From contig CM035355.1 of the NCBI GenBank assembly GCA_020137815.1, positions 2,294,001 to 2,358,000 of the forward strand: 64,000 bases of DNA, in the 5' to 3' direction. Under the pieces are notes generated by a model. The model made no database searches, was not told the origin of the DNA, and saw only the letters and a list, made by a program, of their open reading frames with translations. Of the stretch, positions 59,294 to 64,000 are shown piece after piece (within the stretch, counting starts at the first letter, position 1; every line of letters begins with the position of its first letter). The translations under genes were made by a program, and so were the position numbers. Source of the DNA: Hormiphora californensis. Its lineage: Eukaryota; Animalia; Ctenophora.

Positions 59294-60241
59294 CTAAAAC
59301 ACGACCATATCTTCCAATAGTTTCTTCATGTAACTCATATCGAGCCGTGTCCATACCACTATATTACCCTTCTCACCCTCATACCTAACCTCTCCAAACC
59401 TCTCTGAACCTCTCTCAGTATTAACATGGACTCTACTGAAAGAAATATCTTCAACTTTACTCTCAGGATGAGCCATCATAAGGGGGATGAATTGGTCTGC
59501 AAAAGCATATCCCTTGCCTTCTTCCCTGTGCCGTTGAAGCCGTGGTGTCATAAGGACGGCTTCAAACATATCATAGTAAGGGGAATTACCTAGTTTTCCC
59601 TTTTCTCTGATATCATCAATATCACTGAAAGGCAGTGTATTGGACAGACGTGTGTCCCGGGGCAAAATATTCACCGTCGTGGAAGTTGAAAACTTTTCCA
59701 GTACAATTTTAGTAGCCAAAGGATCCTCAGAGGTGTTATACTCAGCTCCCTTTGAGGTGGAAGTCCCCATAACCCACAGATCCCTGACAAGACGAGGTAA
59801 TTCTGGGCAAATTGATAGGGCGTTTGCCAAGTTAGTCCGGGGACCAATAGCAACCAAACTGATTTCACCCGGATTAGCTGATACAATGTTACAAATAGCG
59901 TTAGCTGCATCCATTTCGGCTGTTTTTACAGGAACATCGTCAGGAATAAGGTCTGGCCGGTCGTTCAAACCGTCTGTATCCTCAATATTAGTAAAATCTA
60001 CTGCCTTCAAGTCTACAGCGTGACTTGCTCCCTTGTAAATTGGAATTGAAGAGTTTCCTAGCATACTGAGGAGTCTCGCGGCATTCTTTGTAGACTGTTC
60101 CACGAGGACATTTCCAAAGACAGTTGTCAGTGCAACTACTTCAAAGTGCTGCGGGTGAGAAAGGAAGAGTCCCAAGGCCATTGCATCGTCAATACCAGGA
60201 TCCGTGTCCAAAATAACCCGTCTAACAGACGAAGGGGTCAT
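59294..60241 (-). CDS. Nucleoside hydrolase (IUNH family), intronless
   Basis: VILDTDPGIDDAMAL (DxDxxxDD), TTVFGNV, VAIGPRTNLA, AEYN..EDP. The start is placed at ATG 60241, just behind an acceptor-like TTTAG. The track ORF extends further upstream. Confidence 0.9.
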   Translation of the reverse strand: MTPSSVRRVILDTDPGIDDAMALGLFLSHPQHFEVVALTTVFGNVLVEQSTKNAARLLSMLGNSSIPIYKGASHAVDLKAVDFTNIEDTDGLNDRPDLIPDDVPVKTAEMDAANAICNIVSANPGEISLVAIGPRTNLANALSICPELPRLVRDLWVMGTSTSKGAEYNTSEDPLATKIVLEKFSTSTTVNILPRDTRLSNTLPFSDIDDIREKGKLGNSPYYDMFEAVLMTPRLQRHREEGKGYAFADQFIPLMMAHPESKVEDISFSRVHVNTERGSERFGEVRYEGEKGNIVVWTRLDMSYMKKLLEDMVVF

Positions 60242-60829
60242 TGCTAAACGGCTTAGGCAGGTAATAAACACAGTTGACACAAGTTTTCTGGTCTGTAAGG
60301 CCATCACAAACACGAAATTGCGGCTCCCGTTTTCACGAACCCACGGGTTTCCAAAAACAAGTACAAGTTTTGAATTTTGTTTCTGCACTGTTCAAAATAC
60401 GGCGCGCGCCTTTTGAACGCGCAAATAAAAAACGCGCGATAAGTTTTGTGAATTTGTAAGGAATTACGAATTGGCTGCCGACTCGGAAATACAGTTTTTC
60501 CTAAGATAAACGTAAGACAAATTAAAACAAACCATTAATTCTTCAATAACTCATAGAAACCTATATTCAATTAATCTTGAATAGAACGCGAAGTGGTTTT
60601 TGTAATGTTGCTGGAACCGTTCAGTGTCAATGTATTATACGTCTGCAGCATTGGTCAAGTTTATAAAAGATACGGTACGTGCTATGTGGTTTTGAGTTGG
60701 GAAACTTTCTCTCCAGCAGATAAGATATCTGCTTATGGCCATGGTTTTCGCATCGTTAACAAGCAAACTTTGTTAGTCGATCCACCCATGCTCATTCAGC
60801 AAGATTGAGAGAGAGAAAGAGAGAGAAAA

Positions 60830-60909
<80 letters not shown>

Positions 60910-62475
60910 TAAAACGCGTGAGAGTGATCATCTTTCTTGCACGATCAAGATATTGATGTGAATTCTTATGCAGCAAAGGTTAAACAAAGTAAACTACAGT
61001 AAATGATCAAGAGAGAGGTGTGTAAATTAGAAATACACTGTGTATTTCTCTGAACCTCTCTCAGTATTAACATGGACTCTACTGAAAGAAATATCTTCAA
61101 CTTTACTCTCAGGATGAGCCATCATAAGGGGGATGAATTGGTCTGCAAAAGCATATCCCTTGCCTTCTTCCCTGTGCCGTTGAAGCCGTGGTGTCATAAG
61201 GACGGCTTCAAACATATCATAGTAAGGGGAATTACCTAGTTTTCCCTTTTCTCTGATATCATCAATATCACTGAAAGGCAGTGTATTGGACAGACGTGTG
61301 TCCCGGGGCAAAATATTCACCGTCGTGGAAGTTGAAAACTTTTCCAGTACAATTTTAGTAGCCAAAGGATCCTCAGAGGTGTTATACTCAGCTCCCTTTG
61401 AGGTGGAAGTCCCCATAACCCACAGATCCCTGACAAGACGAGGTAATTCTGGGCAAATTGATAGGGCGTTTGCCAAGTTAGTCCGGGGACCAATAGCAAC
61501 CAAACTGATTTCACCCGGATTAGCTGATACAATGTTACAAATAGCGTTAGCTGCATCCATTTCGGCTGTTTTTACAGGAACATCGTCAGGAATAAGGTCT
61601 GGCCGGTCGTTCAAACCGTCTGTATCCTCAATATTAGTAAAATCTACTGCCTTCAAGTCTACAGCGTGACTTGCTCCCTTGTAAATTGGAATTGAAGAGT
61701 TTCCTAGCATACTGAGGAGTCTCGCGGCATTCTTTGTAGACTGTTCCACGAGGACATTTCCAAAGACAGTTGTCAGTGCAACTACTTCAAAGTGCTGCGG
61801 GTGAGAAAGGAAGAGTCCCAAGGCCATTGCATCGTCAATACCAGGATCCGTGTCCAAAATAACCCGTCTAACAGACGAAGGGGTCATTGCTAAACGGCTT
61901 AGGCAGGTAATAAACACAGTTGACACAAGTTTTCTGGTCTGTAAGGCCATCACAAACACGAAATTGCGGCTCCCGTTTTCACGAACCCACGGGTTTCCAA
62001 AAACAAGTACAAGTTTTGAATTTTGTTTCTGCACTGTTCAAAATACGGCGCGCGCCTTTTGAACGCGCAAATAAAAAACGCGCGATAAGTTTTGTGAATT
62101 TGTAAGGAATTACGAATTGGCTGCCGACTCGGAAATACAGTTTTTCCTAAGATAAACGTAAGACAAATTAAAACAAACCATTAATTCTTCAATAACTCAT
62201 AGAAACCTATATTCAATTAATCTTGAATAGAACGCGAAGTGGTTTTTGTAATGTTGCTGGAACCGTTCAGTGTCAATGTATTATACGTCTGCAGCATTGG
62301 TCAAGTTTATAAAAGATACGGTACGTGCTATGTGGTTTTGAGTTGGGAAACTTTCTCTCCAGCAGATAAGATATCTGCTTATGGCCATGGTTTTCGCATC
62401 GTTAACAAGCAAACTTTGTTAGTCGATCCACCCATGCTCATTCAGCAAGATTGAGAGAGAGAAAGAGAGAGAAAA

Positions 62476-62547
<72 letters not shown>

Positions 62548-62682
62548 TAAAACGCGTGAGAGTGATCATCTTTCTTGCACGATCAAGATATTGATGTGAA
62601 TTCTTATGCAGCAAAGGTTAAACAAAGTAAACTACAGTAAATGATCAAGAGAGAGGTGTGTAAATTAGAAATACACTGTGTG
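59401..62682. repeat. Near-identical ~1.64-kb tandem duplication (59401-61043 and 61047-62682)
   Basis: Offset is 1646 bp. The copies appear identical apart from the GA microsatellite length. Confidence 0.95.
61027..61887 (-). pseudogene. 3'-truncated duplicate of the nucleoside hydrolase
   Basis: Identical to copy 1 up to ...NTERGSE, then reads KYTVYF* across the duplication junction, losing ~35 C-terminal residues. Confidence 0.75.
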
Positions 62683-62686
62683 CAAC

Positions 62687-63831
62687 ATGCCTTGTCTGCT
62701 GTTCCTCCTACTAAATGTTGCTGTCAGTGCTGCCTCAGGGGAAGATGATGATGGCCTGATACAATGCTACAAGTGCAGTGATGTGTGGTATAGTGGCTCT
62801 GGAAGCTACCAACTCTCTAATGGTTTGTGTTGTTTCTCAGCTCCATCTGTCATTCCAATTTTGGGTGTGATTTTTGGATGTGATTTTTGGATTTTTATGG
62901 TGCTACGTATTTACACCGACACGATATTGCGCCCTAAAATTCCGAACTGTGTAAAGTCTAAATAACTGAATAACCATTCCAATTACAGCTGCGGTTGCTC
63001 CAGTGACTTGGCGGGGTGATGGTAGATGTGGTGAGGACTACCCCTTGGAGAGTGGTAACAGCACAATACCGGGGGAGTGCAACCCAGATCAGGGTATGAG
63101 GTGTTGTAGTGCAGATGGGTGGTGTGGGAGGTCATCTAAACACTGCTGTGCTGAGTGCAATGATTATACACGATCCTTCGGTAAGTACCTGTCTGGCAGA
63201 CCCGACCCGATCTGAGCACACAAAACGAGGTCTGGCACCGCCAAACTCCTTAGTGCTTTTTTATTCACTGTTATTTCACTCCCATCTTGAATCCATGTAT
63301 CATTGTATCGTGGTTTTTATTTTGACCCTATTGTTACCAGGTGATTTTGATTTACCCGCTTGTCACTACCTGGAAGGTAGCTGGATAACTGGACAGTGTG
63401 CCGTGGGTGAAGTGTGCCTAAAGGCCAAGATCTCGTAAGTCAAAATTATACCTCTTCACGTGCCCTAATACCCTCAAAACCGTGACTGTAATGGCCGAAT
63501 TGAATACGAAACATTATCAATGGCTGACATGTTTTGTATCCAAATTCCAAAAACTCATGATTCACTGATCACCTGACCACACAGGAAAAACACGACAATT
63601 CCCGGTGTAATGGAGCACACAACAATCAGAAGATGCGCTGAACCAGTTACCATGGAAACCGATACCCGGAACCTGATTTGCGAGAGATACGAGGCTGCTG
63701 GGTATACCTGTCGAGAAGGGTGGGAGTGTGATGGGGAGGACATGTGTAATGAAGCGACGAGGCTCCAGTGTTTATTGGGAGCGGTGGTAGGACTCATTAC
63801 AGCGTGGTTTATCATATGGCTGGTTCTGTGA
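62687..63831 (+). CDS. Secreted, probably GPI-anchored Ly6/uPAR (three-finger)-like protein with an inserted chitin-binding type-1 (hevein-like) domain (4 exons)
   Basis: Signal peptide MPCLLFLLLNVAVSA, then LIQCYKC. Exon 2 reads WRGDGRCG...CNPDQGMRCCSADGWCGRSSKHCCAECNDY. Then C...CAVGEVCLK, TIRRCA, CDGEDMCN and a hydrophobic C-terminal tail. Confidence 0.72.
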
Positions 63832-64000
63832 GACCTTGGTTACCATAGCAACCACTCATTGTTCTGTGGGAGCTTGGTTACCATAGCAACCAAGATCATA
63901 GTCACGTGGTCCTAGGTTACCATAGCAACCATGGTGCGAGAGGCCCACACCCCTTTTAGCAGCCCCAACCAAGCTAAAGCTAAAGCGATAGGTTCAGGTC

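Noticed and set aside
60242-60388. N-terminal extension of the nucleoside hydrolase given in the ORF track
   Set aside because: It starts at a non-ATG codon, and an acceptor-like AG lies directly before the ATG at 60241. The upstream part is more likely outron or UTR.

Overview
Eukaryotic (animal) genomic DNA with small GT-AG introns, many (CT/GA)n microsatellites and MITEs. The style suggests a ctenophore-like early-branching marine invertebrate, but this is inference only. The main feature is a run of seven same-strand genes at 6739-31410: two ADAR-like dsRNA-binding pseudo-deaminases, ESF1, METTL1/TRM8, SURF1, ALG6 and HMG-CoA synthase. They are separated by only about 245-326 bp, and each ATG is closely preceded by an apparently unpaired splice-acceptor AG, which is the signature of an SL trans-spliced polycistronic operon. 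Both ADAR-like paralogs have lost all three zinc ligands and the catalytic Glu, and they share unusual substitutions. The rest of the window holds GRB2 (minus strand, absent from the ORF track), an internally deleted CR1/L2-type LINE, a 5'-truncated CRE-type retrotransposon, RhoGDI, a POMGNT1-like glycosyltransferase, a tandemly duplicated nucleoside hydrolase, and a GPI-anchored Ly6/three-finger-like protein with a chitin-binding exon inserted. Other notable patterns are tandem amplification of splice sites, a hAT MITE inserted into its own copy, and RFX X-box-like arrays. Gene models were spliced by eye and no database searches were run.
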